A stretch of DNA of 64,000 bases from Polyangiales bacterium (GTDB lineage: Bacteria > Myxococcota_A > Polyangia > Polyangiales > Polyangiaceae). Below are positions 40,107 to 49,953 of the stretch, one piece after another. The notes under the pieces are model-generated. The model ran no database searches. It was not told where the DNA came from and saw nothing but the letters and a program-made list of their open reading frames with translations. The stretch covers positions 32,001 through 96,000 of the forward strand of contig JBBRLQ010000019.1 of the NCBI GenBank assembly GCA_038231275.1. Reading direction: 5' to 3'. Position numbers and translations under genes: made by a program. How positions within the stretch are numbered: position 1 is the stretch's first letter; each line of letters opens with the position of its first letter.

Positions 40107-40640
40107 TCAGTGAACCTGCCACCGCCCGTGGGCCAAGGTGTACTTGATCTCCGTGCCGCCACCGGTCGGATCGTCGGGCACGAGTCGGATCACCTCGTTG
40201 CCCTTCAGCGTCCAGCGCTCGTCCCACTTGCCGTCGCGGTCCATGTCGACGAGGACGCCGCCGAACCGATGCTCGGCGACGCTGCCGACGATGCGGGCCT
40301 TGTAGGGGCGGTCGGGGAAGAGATCGAGGAGGCGCGTGCGTTCGAGGCGCTCGTCGGCGAGGGCGGCGAAGATGTCCTTGTCCATGGGGCGGAGGGGCAC
40401 GCCCGCTTGGAAGGAAGGATCCTCGGCGAGGTCGAAGTGCTGGACGGCGGGCGATGCTGCGTTTGGCGCCGCCGCCGCCGAGAGCGCGGGCGAGGACGTC
40501 TTGGCCTCGACCTCCGGGATTCGCCGAGACCAGCGCCCCACGCCGATGCCGACGCCGCCCACGAGCGCGAACGCCACGAGCAGCGTCCCCTTCGACCGCC
40601 ACGCTGTTCCAAGGCGAATTGCCTGCCCGCGGTTTGTCAT
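40107..40640 (-). CDS. Membrane-anchored hypothetical protein with a DxDxDG motif
   Basis: N-terminal TM and a DMDRDGKWDE Ca-binding-like loop. Confidence 0.7.
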   Translation of the reverse strand: MTNRGQAIRLGTAWRSKGTLLVAFALVGGVGIGVGRWSRRIPEVEAKTSSPALSAAAAPNAASPAVQHFDLAEDPSFQAGVPLRPMDKDIFAALADERLERTRLLDLFPDRPYKARIVGSVAEHRFGGVLVDMDRDGKWDERWTLKGNEVIRLVPDDPTGGGTEIKYTLAHGRWQVH

Positions 40641-40902
40641 GATTGGAATTCTTTTAGCCTGATCGGATGAAGCCGCAATCGAACTAGCGGCACGATCATG
40701 ACAAAGCGCAAGATTACAAAATAGCGACCGGGTAAGTGGCCCATCGGGGCGAGCGGCCTCGTGCGTCAGCGCACGCATGCGACCGAATGCCACGCCGTGC
40801 GCGACGTCACGGGGGCAGCACATCGAACGGTTTCGACCTTGGCCCACGACGCGCGAGGTTTACGTTGGTGGAGCGACGCACGGCGACGCGTGGGAGGCTT
40901 CG

Positions 40903-42228
40903 ATGCGCTCCGTCTCGAAGATGAGGCTCGCGGCCTTGGCGGTCGGCGCTGCCCTCGTGGGGGCCGCCGCGACGGTCGCGTGCGCCCGTGGTGGCAGAGC
41001 CGGCTTCGGGACGCCCGACGAGGTGCCCTACTTCGTCGGCGAGGCGTGCGAGGGCGGGACGTGCGCGTCGTCGGCGTGCGTCACGACGATCTCCGGCTCT
41101 GCGCTCGCACCGAACGGAAGGGATCCGCTCTACGCCGCGGTCGTCTACGTCCCGATGGCCCCGCTCTCGCCTTTCTCGGAAGGGGCGACGTGCGCGAGGT
41201 GCGATGTGGTGTCCGGCGCGCCGCTCGTCTCCGCCGTCACCGGCCCCGACGGGCGATTCCGGCTCGAGGTGCCCCCGACGAGGCCGCTCGATCTCGTCGT
41301 GCAGGTCGGCAAGTGGCGAAGGCGGATCACTCTCGACGCCCTCGTGCCGTGCGCCGACAACCCTGTCCCCGCCGAGCGCTCGCGCCTCCCGAGGACGCAT
41401 GCAGAAGGGGACATTCCGCTCCACGCCGTCACCACCGGCAACTGCGATCGGCTCGAGTGCGTGCTCCGCAAGATCGGCGTCGCCGACTCCGAGTTCACGC
41501 TTCCGGCGGCCGGCGGTCGCGTCCACCTCTATCGAGAGAATGGCGCGTCCATCCCGGGGATCCCGCCCGCCGACGAGCTCACGGGGAGCCCTTCGAGCCT
41601 GGCGCGCTACGACGTCGTCCTCTTCGACTGCGCCGGGGAGCAAGTGGAGAAGCCGACCGCGCACAAACAAAACGTCGTCGACTTCACGACGCACGGGGGC
41701 CGCCTCTTCGTGAGCCACTTCAGCTACGTCTGGCTCTATGCGATCGCGCCGTTCGCGGCGACGGCGAGCTGGAACACCGGCGCGGCGATCCCTTCGTTCG
41801 ATCGCGTCCCCGCGAAGCTCGACACGTCGCACCCGCGCGGCGCCGCCTTCGCGCGGTGGATGGCGCGCGTCGGCGCGCTCGCGTCGGAGGGGGACCGGAT
41901 GATCGACGTCCTGGACCCGCGCTTCGACGCCCTCGCGATTTTTCCCCCCGCCGCGCGGTGGATCTACACGGACTCACCGCCCTCGGTGCAAGAGTTCACC
42001 TTCGACACGCCGATCGGCGCGAACCCGAGCGAGCAGTGCGGCCGCGTTACGTTCGGAGATTTCCACGTGACCGGTGCGGCGTGCACGCCCGATGGATTCG
42101 CGTTCCCGACGGAGTGCGAGTCGCCGTCCAGTGCGATGACGCCGCAAGAGCGGGTCATGGAGTTCATGCTCTTCGATCTCGCCTCGTGTCCGCAGTCGTT
42201 CGGCCCGCCGCCGGTGCTCGTCCGCTGA
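40903..42228 (+). CDS. Lipoprotein with carboxypeptidase-regulatory-like Ig domain (myxobacterial family)
   Basis: SD GGAGG, lipobox TVAC, ISG..APNG.DPLY, TGPDGRF.L, LVVQVGKWRR, LECVLRKIG, EFMLFDL. Confidence 0.8.
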   Translation: MRSVSKMRLAALAVGAALVGAAATVACARGGRAGFGTPDEVPYFVGEACEGGTCASSACVTTISGSALAPNGRDPLYAAVVYVPMAPLSPFSEGATCARCDVVSGAPLVSAVTGPDGRFRLEVPPTRPLDLVVQVGKWRRRITLDALVPCADNPVPAERSRLPRTHAEGDIPLHAVTTGNCDRLECVLRKIGVADSEFTLPAAGGRVHLYRENGASIPGIPPADELTGSPSSLARYDVVLFDCAGEQVEKPTAHKQNVVDFTTHGGRLFVSHFSYVWLYAIAPFAATASWNTGAAIPSFDRVPAKLDTSHPRGAAFARWMARVGALASEGDRMIDVLDPRFDALAIFPPAARWIYTDSPPSVQEFTFDTPIGANPSEQCGRVTFGDFHVTGAACTPDGFAFPTECESPSSAMTPQERVMEFMLFDLASCPQSFGPPPVLVR

Positions 42229-42236
42229 CGTCGCGG

Positions 42237-43247
42237 TTAGGGTGCGGTGCGATCACCGGCGGCGTGCTTCGCCGCGAAGTCGCCGAGCGTGACGCCTTTG
42301 CAACCGCGCGCGTGGAGGAACGCGAACGTCGACTCGAGCATGCCGAAGAGCGTCTCGATGCTGCCCGCTGTCGGGAACGACTCGCTGCCACCAGGCATAA
42401 GCTCGCTCGAGTGGAACATCATCTCGAGGCACGGCAGCTTCATCTCGCGCGCGACCTCGTAGACCTTGCGGAAGCGGCGCGCGTTCATCGTCGGGTAGGG
42501 ACGAAACCACGTCGGCTCGAGCTTGAACGCGCGGTTCAGGAGGCTCGCCCCGGGGAGCCGACGCATGCGCGCGAACGACTCGCGTGCCCGCGCGCTCTCC
42601 CGCATCACGCGCTGCGTGTGCACGATGGTGACCGGCACCTCGTAGAGGCCGCTGGTGCCGGAGGCGCAGATGTCGTCGGCGCTGAGCTCGTACGGCGTCA
42701 CCGGCGCGCCACGAAAATCCGGCCCACCCGACGCGACGCCTTTGAAGCCGCGCCGATCGACGTGCGGCGTCACCGAGCAGTCGACGGTGTAGCCGAGCTC
42801 ACGCAAGACCGGGATGTGCTCCTTGCAGAATCCCCATCGCCCGGCGCGGTAGCTCCGCGGCGCGTGCCCTGTCTTGGCGCGGATGAGATCGGTGAGCACC
42901 TCCATCTTCGCGCGGAAGCTCGCGATCGGCAGCTCGCTCGGGTAGCCCGGGTACTCGGAGCGATCGAAGTCCACGACCGCGTCGCCCCCACGGAACGGCG
43001 GGTTCGTCCAAGGATGGAGGTGCGCGCCGATCTCGCACGCGCCCTTCTTCGCCCAGTACGCGAGCGTCTCGTCGAACCGCCGCGAGACGAGCACCTCGTA
43101 GGTGCACAGGTAGACTGGCACGAGCCTGTACTCCTCGCACAACCGCTGGAAGCGCGGGACGTAGTCGAGGTTGTCGACGCGCACCTTGCCGTCGGCCTCC
43201 CACTGCCCGTCGGCCTCGGTGTCGACGGTGACGATGACGTCCATCAT
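42237..43247 (-). CDS. Polysaccharide deacetylase/deformylase (NodB-like, WalW-like)
   Basis: VTVDTEAD, EIGAHLHPW, SYRAGRW, MMFHSSEL. ATGA overlap with the formyltransferase stop. Confidence 0.85.
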   Translation of the reverse strand: MMDVIVTVDTEADGQWEADGKVRVDNLDYVPRFQRLCEEYRLVPVYLCTYEVLVSRRFDETLAYWAKKGACEIGAHLHPWTNPPFRGGDAVVDFDRSEYPGYPSELPIASFRAKMEVLTDLIRAKTGHAPRSYRAGRWGFCKEHIPVLRELGYTVDCSVTPHVDRRGFKGVASGGPDFRGAPVTPYELSADDICASGTSGLYEVPVTIVHTQRVMRESARARESFARMRRLPGASLLNRAFKLEPTWFRPYPTMNARRFRKVYEVAREMKLPCLEMMFHSSELMPGGSESFPTAGSIETLFGMLESTFAFLHARGCKGVTLGDFAAKHAAGDRTAP

Positions 43248-44122
43248 GCGCCGTACCTCTCCCACAGCTTCGGCAGCTTTGCGTAGAGCTCCTTGTCGGT
43301 CTCGCGCGTAGGCGCCTTGTTCTTCGTCGCCTGCGACTCGTCCTGCGCCGTTCCCTTGGTGCCGGTTTGCTCGATGAGGCGAACCGCCTCGACGATCGCC
43401 TCGCGGCCGAGCACCTCGCTCTTGAAGCGGAGAGACGTCGGCGTGTCGCCTTTCTCGAACACCAACTTTTTCTGAACCAAAATGTCCCCGCTGTCGAGGC
43501 CAGGGTCGACGTAGTGCACGGTGACGCCGAGGTGCTCGAAGTCCTCGTAGTAGAGGCACCAGTACTCACCGGAGAGGCCGCGGTGCTTGGGGAGAATGGC
43601 GGAGTGCTTGTTGAGCACACCGTGCTTGGGCACGCCGAGGATGTTCGGCTTCACGATACGGCCGCCCACGATGACGCCGAGGTCCGGAGCGAGGGACCGC
43701 AGCGCGGCCTCGGACTCGGCGTCGTTGACGTTCTGCACCTTCACGATCGGAAGCTTGTAGAATGCAGCGATCTCCTCGAGCGGCGCGAATTCACGGAGAT
43801 CGGGGCGTTTTCCGAGGAAGGCGTGGCCGACCAGCATCGCGTCGAGGCTCGCGAGGTGCTTCTCCTCGGCGCGCGCGGCCCGGGCGAACGGATCCTCTTC
43901 GGGTTGCCGAAGGAGCTTCTTCGCGAGGGCCCGCCCCGCGCCGCGGACGCCGCCGCGCGTATAGTGGTAGGCCAGCTTCTCGAGCGTGGATTTGGCGGGG
44001 GGCGGCTTCTTCGTGCTGCCCCACTTGCCCACGTCCACGACGATGCCGCACACGTCGAGGTGCTTGACGAGGTAATGCGTGACGAAGCTCCCTCCGGGCA
44101 TCGTGAGGATCGCGACCTTCAT
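43244..44122 (-). CDS. Formyltransferase (formyl_trans_N family)
   Basis: LNKHSAILPKHRG and GVTVHYVDPGLDSGDIL. Confidence 0.88.
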   Translation of the reverse strand: MKVAILTMPGGSFVTHYLVKHLDVCGIVVDVGKWGSTKKPPPAKSTLEKLAYHYTRGGVRGAGRALAKKLLRQPEEDPFARAARAEEKHLASLDAMLVGHAFLGKRPDLREFAPLEEIAAFYKLPIVKVQNVNDAESEAALRSLAPDLGVIVGGRIVKPNILGVPKHGVLNKHSAILPKHRGLSGEYWCLYYEDFEHLGVTVHYVDPGLDSGDILVQKKLVFEKGDTPTSLRFKSEVLGREAIVEAVRLIEQTGTKGTAQDESQATKNKAPTRETDKELYAKLPKLWERYGA

Positions 44123-44145
44123 CGAATGCGATAGTACGGGATCGC

Positions 44146-45150
44146 ATGACCGAACGCAGGGTCGTCTCCGTCGACGCGTACCGAGGCGTCGTGATGCTGC
44201 TCCTCGTGAGCGGGGGAGGCCTCGCGTTGACGCGCTTCCGTGGGACGGGGCTCGAGTGGATCGCCCATCAGCTCGAGCACTCCGAGTGGGAGGGCTGCAC
44301 GCTCTGGGATCTGGTGCAGCCGGCGTTCATGTTCACGGTCGGCGTCGCGATGCCGCTGGCGCGGACGCGTGGGTGGCGGGAGGCGGCGGGCCGGGCGTGG
44401 CGGCTTCTCGCGCTCGGCGTCCTGCTCGACGTGTGGCAGACGCAGCGACTCGCGATCGGTCTCGTGAGCGTCCTCCAGCAAATCGCGCTCGCGTACTTCG
44501 TCGCGTTCGCCGTGCTGCGCCGTCCGCCGCGGGCGCAGCTGATCGCCGCCGCGGGCCTCTTGGCGGCGCACACGGCGCTCTTCATCCTCTACGGCAAATT
44601 CGGGGGAAGCGCCGCGTGGGAGATGGACGACAACGTCGGTCGCGCGCTGGATCGCCTCCTTCATCTTCCGGTCGACGCGGACGGGTACGTCACCGTCGCG
44701 TTCGTCTCGAGCGCCGCGACGGTGATCGCGGGCGTACTCGCGGGGGAGCTCGTCGCATCGGCGCGTCCGCCGCGCGCGATCGTTCTGCGCCTCGCCGTGT
44801 GGGGCGCCGTCGGGATCGCCGCGGGTCTGTCGCTCGCGCACGCGGTGCCAATGGTGAAGCACATTTGGACCGCGTCGTTTGGCCTCTACGCGACGGGGTG
44901 GTCGTGCGTCGGCCTCGCCGCGGCGTACGGCGTCGTCGAGGTGCTGGGCGCGCGGCGTCTCGCGCTGCCGTTCGTGGTCGTCGGGATGAACTCCCTCCTC
45001 ATCTATGTGCTCTCGGGCGTCCTCAACGGCCCGCTGCGCGCGCTCCTTCGGCCGGTGGTCGGCGCGGCCCTCGCGGCGCTCCTCCTCCTCGCCGGCAAGT
45101 GGCTCCTCGCGGCGTGGCTCTATCGGAAGCGCTTATTTTTTAGGGTTTAG
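44146..45150 (+). CDS. Membrane acyltransferase (DUF5009/NagX/HGSNAT-like)
   Basis: RVVSVDAYRG, HSEWEGCTLWDLVQPAFMF.VG, VLQQIALAY, KHIWTASF, GMNSLLIY. Confidence 0.88.
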   Translation: MTERRVVSVDAYRGVVMLLLVSGGGLALTRFRGTGLEWIAHQLEHSEWEGCTLWDLVQPAFMFTVGVAMPLARTRGWREAAGRAWRLLALGVLLDVWQTQRLAIGLVSVLQQIALAYFVAFAVLRRPPRAQLIAAAGLLAAHTALFILYGKFGGSAAWEMDDNVGRALDRLLHLPVDADGYVTVAFVSSAATVIAGVLAGELVASARPPRAIVLRLAVWGAVGIAAGLSLAHAVPMVKHIWTASFGLYATGWSCVGLAAAYGVVEVLGARRLALPFVVVGMNSLLIYVLSGVLNGPLRALLRPVVGAALAALLLLAGKWLLAAWLYRKRLFFRV

Positions 45151-46384
45151 CGTCGGCCGCGGTCTCGGCGTCGGCTTGCGGCGCGGAGGACGCGGCGGCG
45201 CTGGAGTCGGTCGCGAGGCTCGGCGAGATCGCGGCGGCGTCGAGATCGCGGGAGATGCCGGCGTCGTGGCGCGTCGTGGGCCGCGGCGGCGGTGTCGCTT
45301 CGTGCCGCGGCGCCGCGCGCGGTGCGATCGCGCTCGCGAACGACGAGCTCACCTGCTTGAGCGACGCGCCGTCCCCGTCGTCGGGGTTCCGCCGCCCGAG
45401 GATCAGGAGGCCGATGATCACGAGCGCCGCCGCGCCCGCCGCGATGTTCTGCGCGCGCTGCGCCGACTTCGGTACGAGCGAGATCGACGAGCGCGTGACG
45501 CTCTGCGGCCCCTCGACCGGCGGCGGGAGGGACGGACGACGCTCGAGCGCACGAAAGAGCGCCTCGCCGAGCTCGCTGCACGACGCGAAGCGCTTCTTCG
45601 GATCTTTGCTGAGCGCCCGCGTCATGACCGCGTTGACGGCCCGCGCGTCGTACGCCGTGGTCGGCTCGATCGGCGCCGGCTCCTCGTTCGCGATGCGCGC
45701 GGCGACGTGCAACGTATCGGTGCCCGGGAACGCACGAACGCCCGTGAGCGCCTCGTAGAGCGTCGACGCGAGCGAGAACTGATCGGACTCGGGCCCGAAC
45801 TGGCCCGCCTGTAGCGACTCGGGCGCGCTGTAGGCCGGCGTCCCGAGCACCACGCCGACGCGCGTGAGCGTCGAGTCCGGAAGGCGCGCGATGCCGAAGT
45901 CTGCGAGCTTTGCGCCCGTCGTCGGCAAGAGCACGTTCTCCGGCTTCACGTCGCGGTGGATGACGCCGGCCGCGTGCGCGGTGGCGAGCGCATCCCCGAG
46001 CTCCCGCGCGAGCCGCCCGACCTCCTTCGGCTCGAGCGCCCCGTCCCGCAGCCGATCGCGGAGCGTCGGACCATCGACGTACTCGAACACCAGATAGAGG
46101 CCCGCCGACGGCTCCTCGCCCATGTCGTGGAGCGTGACCATGTTGGGGTGGGTGAGCGCCGCCGCCGCGCGCGCCTCGTGCCGCATGCGATCGAACAGCT
46201 CGAGCCGCGCCTCGGGCGGAAGGCCAAGATCCTCTCGCACGAGCTTGAGCGCGACGAGCCGCCCGAGCACCGTGTCGCGGGCGAGGAGGACGCGCCCCAT
46301 TCCGCCTTGGCCGAGCGGGTGCACCACTTCGTAGCGTCCGATGCGCTTAACGACGGCCGGTGTGGTCGTGTCGAGGTCGCTCAT
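45140..46384 (-). CDS. Membrane-anchored Hanks-type Ser/Thr kinase
   Basis: [39 protein letters not shown] overlap with the ABC ATPase stop. Confidence 0.95.
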   Translation of the reverse strand: MSDLDTTTPAVVKRIGRYEVVHPLGQGGMGRVLLARDTVLGRLVALKLVREDLGLPPEARLELFDRMRHEARAAAALTHPNMVTLHDMGEEPSAGLYLVFEYVDGPTLRDRLRDGALEPKEVGRLARELGDALATAHAAGVIHRDVKPENVLLPTTGAKLADFGIARLPDSTLTRVGVVLGTPAYSAPESLQAGQFGPESDQFSLASTLYEALTGVRAFPGTDTLHVAARIANEEPAPIEPTTAYDARAVNAVMTRALSKDPKKRFASCSELGEALFRALERRPSLPPPVEGPQSVTRSSISLVPKSAQRAQNIAAGAAALVIIGLLILGRRNPDDGDGASLKQVSSSFASAIAPRAAPRHEATPPPRPTTRHDAGISRDLDAAAISPSLATDSSAAASSAPQADAETAADAKP

Positions 46385-47457
46385 CCGCCCTCCGCGTCGT
46401 GCGGGTTCCAACACGAAACCCGATGCCCGGAGCCCGACGTGGTCTCGACGAGCGCCGGCACCTCCTTGTCGCACGTCCCTTTGACCGCGCGCGGGCAGCG
46501 CGGGTGGAAGGCGCAGCCGCTCGGCGGATCGATCGGCGACGGCGCGTCTCCTTCGAGCAAGACGCGCAGCTTACGGCGCTCCGGATCGAGCGACGGAGCC
46601 GCCGACATCAGCGCACGCGTGTACGGATGGCGCGCCTCGCGGTAGAGGACATCGGACGGCGCCTGCTCCACGATCTTGCCGAGGTACATCACCGCGACGC
46701 GGTGGCTCACGTGCTCGACGATCTTCAAATCGTGCGAGATGAAGAGGTACGCGACGCCGAGATCGTCTTGCAGATCCATGAGCAGGTTCACGATCTGCGC
46801 CTGGATCGAGACGTCGAGCGCGCTGATCGGCTCGTCGCACACGATGAACGACGGCTCCACCGCGAGCGCGCGCGCGATGCCGATGCGCTGGCGCTGCCCG
46901 CCGGAGAACTCGTGCGGATAGCGATCCATCGCCTCCGGGCGCATCCCGACCTTCTGCAAGAGCAGCGCGATGCGCGCCTCTTCGTCGGCCTTGGTCGCGG
47001 CGAGCTTGTGGATGCGGATCGCCTCACCGACGATCTCACGCACGGTCATGCGCGGGTTCAAGCTCGAGTAGGGATCCTGGAAGATGATCTGCATCTTGCG
47101 CCGCAGCGGGCGCATCTCGGCGTGCGAGAGCGGGAGGATGTCGCGGCCGTCGAAGATGACGCGCCCGCTCGTCGGCTCGACGAGGCGCAGCATGATGCGA
47201 CCGAGGGTGCTCTTGCCGCAGCCGCTCTCGCCGACGAGGCCCAGCGTCTCCCCGCGCCGCACGCGCACCGACACGTCGTCGACGGCGTGAACGAGCTGCT
47301 GCGAGCGGCCGAACAGGCCGGATTTCACCGGGTAGAACTTCGACACCTTGTCCGTCGCGAGCAGCGTGCGCGGACGCGGCGCCTCCGGCTCACCGTCGGC
47401 CGAGGGCGGCGGCGGGCGGGTGGACATCGGCACGCGCTTCTCGCTCGCCTCGCTCAC
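46381..47457 (-). CDS. oppF: Oligo/dipeptide ABC transporter ATP-binding subunit (OppF/DppF-type)
   Basis: [54 protein letters not shown] overlap. Confidence 0.9.
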   Translation of the reverse strand: MSEASEKRVPMSTRPPPPSADGEPEAPRPRTLLATDKVSKFYPVKSGLFGRSQQLVHAVDDVSVRVRRGETLGLVGESGCGKSTLGRIMLRLVEPTSGRVIFDGRDILPLSHAEMRPLRRKMQIIFQDPYSSLNPRMTVREIVGEAIRIHKLAATKADEEARIALLLQKVGMRPEAMDRYPHEFSGGQRQRIGIARALAVEPSFIVCDEPISALDVSIQAQIVNLLMDLQDDLGVAYLFISHDLKIVEHVSHRVAVMYLGKIVEQAPSDVLYREARHPYTRALMSAAPSLDPERRKLRVLLEGDAPSPIDPPSGCAFHPRCPRAVKGTCDKEVPALVETTSGSGHRVSCWNPHDAEGG

Positions 47458-48470
47458 GGCGACACCTCGCTCGCGCGGAAGCACCGCGAGAGGCGTCGCC
47501 CGTCACCGACGGTGCCCACGGTGACGAGCTCCGGCTCTGCCTCACGGCACTGCGCGATCACCATCTTGCACCGATCGGCGAACCGGCACCCACGCCCGAG
47601 CGTCCGGAGATCCGGCACCATGCCCTCGATCGTCGGCAGCCGCCGCCGCTTCTGCCCTTCGCCGCCCACCACGTCGACGCCGGCGCGCGGCGCCTTCGGC
47701 AAGCTCGCGAGGAGATCGCGCGTGTAGGGGTGGCGCGGCGACTCGAACATCTCCGTCGCCTTGGCGCTCTCGACGACCTGTCCCGCGTACATGACTACGA
47801 CGTGCTCGCAGAACTCCGCGACGACGCCGAGGTCGTGCGTGATGAGGAGCACGCTCATCTTCATCTCGCGCTGCAGCTTCCGCAAGAGCTCGAGAATTTG
47901 AGCCTGGATCGTGACGTCGAGCGCGGTCGTCGGCTCGTCGGCGATGAGGAGCTTGGGCTGGCACGCGAGCGCCATCGCGATCATCACGCGCTGGCGCATG
48001 CCCCCCGAGAGCTGGTGGGGATAGGCCCGCGCGTTCACGTCCGGCGCGGGGATGCCGACCAGGCGCAGCATCTCGACGGTGCGCTCCCACGCCTGGCCGC
48101 GCGATTTGTCTTGGTGGAGCCGGATGGCTTCGACGATCTGCGAGCCCACCGTGTAGACGGGGTTCAAGCTCGTCATCGGCTCCTGGAAGATCATCGAGAT
48201 GTCGTTGCCGCGAATGCGCCGCATCTCGCGCTCGGGGAGGGCCAGCAGGTTCTTGTCGCCGAGGAGGATCTCGCCGCCCTCGATCTCCGCGGGAGGGATG
48301 GGCAGGAGGCGCAGGATCGAGAGCGCCGTCACGCTCTTTCCGCAGCCGCTCTCACCGACCAGACCCACGTTGGTCGCCTCCGGCACGTCGAACGACACGC
48401 CGGCGACCGCGCGGAGCCTGCCGCTGTCGGTCCCGAAGCTCGTGACGAGGTCCCTGACGGAGAGGAGCAC
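47454..48470 (-). CDS. oppD: Oligo/dipeptide ABC transporter ATP-binding subunit (OppD/DppD-type)
   Basis: [47 protein letters not shown]. Confidence 0.9.
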   Translation of the reverse strand: MLLSVRDLVTSFGTDSGRLRAVAGVSFDVPEATNVGLVGESGCGKSVTALSILRLLPIPPAEIEGGEILLGDKNLLALPEREMRRIRGNDISMIFQEPMTSLNPVYTVGSQIVEAIRLHQDKSRGQAWERTVEMLRLVGIPAPDVNARAYPHQLSGGMRQRVMIAMALACQPKLLIADEPTTALDVTIQAQILELLRKLQREMKMSVLLITHDLGVVAEFCEHVVVMYAGQVVESAKATEMFESPRHPYTRDLLASLPKAPRAGVDVVGGEGQKRRRLPTIEGMVPDLRTLGRGCRFADRCKMVIAQCREAEPELVTVGTVGDGRRLSRCFRASEVSP

Positions 48471-48554
48471 CGACGCGACGGTACCAGAAAGACCACAGAA
48501 ATGGCCGCTCGGGTGGGGCAGGCCCCGACTTCCGCTCTGCTATAAGGACAGCGC

Positions 48555-49361
48555 ATGCGTCGCGTCGTCACAGCTCTATCGGCGGTCGTGATCGCGCTGG
48601 CGAGCGTCGCGCTCGGTGTCGCGTGCGCGTCGCGGCCACGGATGTGCGTCGCGACTGCGGAGTGTGGCGCCGGCGCGTGCGTGGCCGGACGATGCCAGGC
48701 GCTCGACGCGGGCGTACCGACGATCGCCGAGCAGGGGGACGCGGGTCTCCTCGTGCGAAGGCTGGTCGTCGCGCCGACGGACGTCGCGTGGCTTCGTCGC
48801 GGCGACGGTCCGCGCGCGGCGGGCGCGATGCCGGCAATCTTCCCGATGGGACGCGCGCAGGACGGGGAGTCCGTCTTGCTCACGCGCTTCGCGGTGCCCA
48901 TCACCAGGGAGACGCAGATCGTCGAGGCGTACCTCCTCCTCGCGCGGAGCGACGCGATGGATGCCGACCCTTCGCCCATCTCGCTGCACGCAACGCGCAT
49001 CGTCGACGCGTGGGACAGCCGCTCGGTGTCATGGTCGACGCAGCCGCGCACCGAAGAGCTACTGGCCGCCGCCACGCGCGTCGACGGGTCGTCGCGGACG
49101 CTCATCCGTCTCGACGTCCGGTCGCTCGTCGCGCGCTGGGCGCTGCATGATCGTCGCGATCAGGGGATCGCCGTGGTGGCCGAGGGAACCAGCGTGACGG
49201 GCGTGCCGTTCGCGTTCCAGCCTACCGGTGGTGCGCGATTGGCCGCGGCGCAAGCGCCTGCAATTACAGGATTTCAAGAGCGACCCGAGCGCGCTGCGCC
49301 CGTGTCGGATGGACCCACGGCCGAGTTATTGTCGCCGCGCCTCGAGCTCTATTTGAAGTGA
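48555..49361 (+). CDS. Lipoprotein with Cys motif and DNRLRE/CBM96-like domain
   Basis: Lipobox GVAC, CVATAECGAGACVAGRC, W...SVSWSTQP, LDVRSLV..W, PRLELY. Confidence 0.7.
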   Translation: MRRVVTALSAVVIALASVALGVACASRPRMCVATAECGAGACVAGRCQALDAGVPTIAEQGDAGLLVRRLVVAPTDVAWLRRGDGPRAAGAMPAIFPMGRAQDGESVLLTRFAVPITRETQIVEAYLLLARSDAMDADPSPISLHATRIVDAWDSRSVSWSTQPRTEELLAAATRVDGSSRTLIRLDVRSLVARWALHDRRDQGIAVVAEGTSVTGVPFAFQPTGGARLAAAQAPAITGFQERPERAAPVSDGPTAELLSPRLELYLK

Positions 49362-49474
49362 GGTTTTTGTGAAGCGCGCGCCCTCTCGAACGTCCAACGT
49401 GAGCTGACGGCTTTTCTTCTCGGCCTGATTTGGGTCAGAATCACCTCCCGCCGCCCGACAAAAGGTGCAAGAGA

Positions 49475-49927
49475 ATGCCGCACAAGATGAACCGTCTCGC
49501 CAGTGCCGTGGTCCTCGCTGCCTTCGTCCTCGCCCCCGCCCTCGTCGGCGCGAAAGAGATCAAGGGGAACAACTTCGTCCTCCAGGCGACCACCGGCGCT
49601 TGCAAGAAGGGTGAGGAGTGCACGCTGACGCTCCGCCTCGAGGCGCAGGGCGCGTACCACATCAACGACTCGTACCCGTACAAGTTCACGCCGGGAAAGA
49701 AGGACGACAAGTCCCTCAGCGAGAACGTCGAGTACGTGAAGGAGAACTTCTCGAAGTCGGGCGGCGACTTCAAGAAGGACGCCGAGAAGGTCGCCACGAT
49801 GACGGTGAAGTTCAAGCCGACCGCGACCAAGGCGAAGATCGTCGGCACCTACAAGATGAGCGTCTGCTCCGAGCAGAACTGCCAGCTCGAACAGCAGGAA
49901 ATCCAGCTCGAGGTCGAGGCGAAGTAG
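49475..49927 (+). CDS. Exported protein resembling a stand-alone DsbD N-terminal Ig domain
   Basis: Signal peptide, YHIN motif, C-terminal VCSEQNC (Cx4C). Confidence 0.65.
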   Translation: MPHKMNRLASAVVLAAFVLAPALVGAKEIKGNNFVLQATTGACKKGEECTLTLRLEAQGAYHINDSYPYKFTPGKKDDKSLSENVEYVKENFSKSGGDFKKDAEKVATMTVKFKPTATKAKIVGTYKMSVCSEQNCQLEQQEIQLEVEAK

Positions 49928-49953
49928 CCGCACGATTCTGGTACGCTTGCTCC

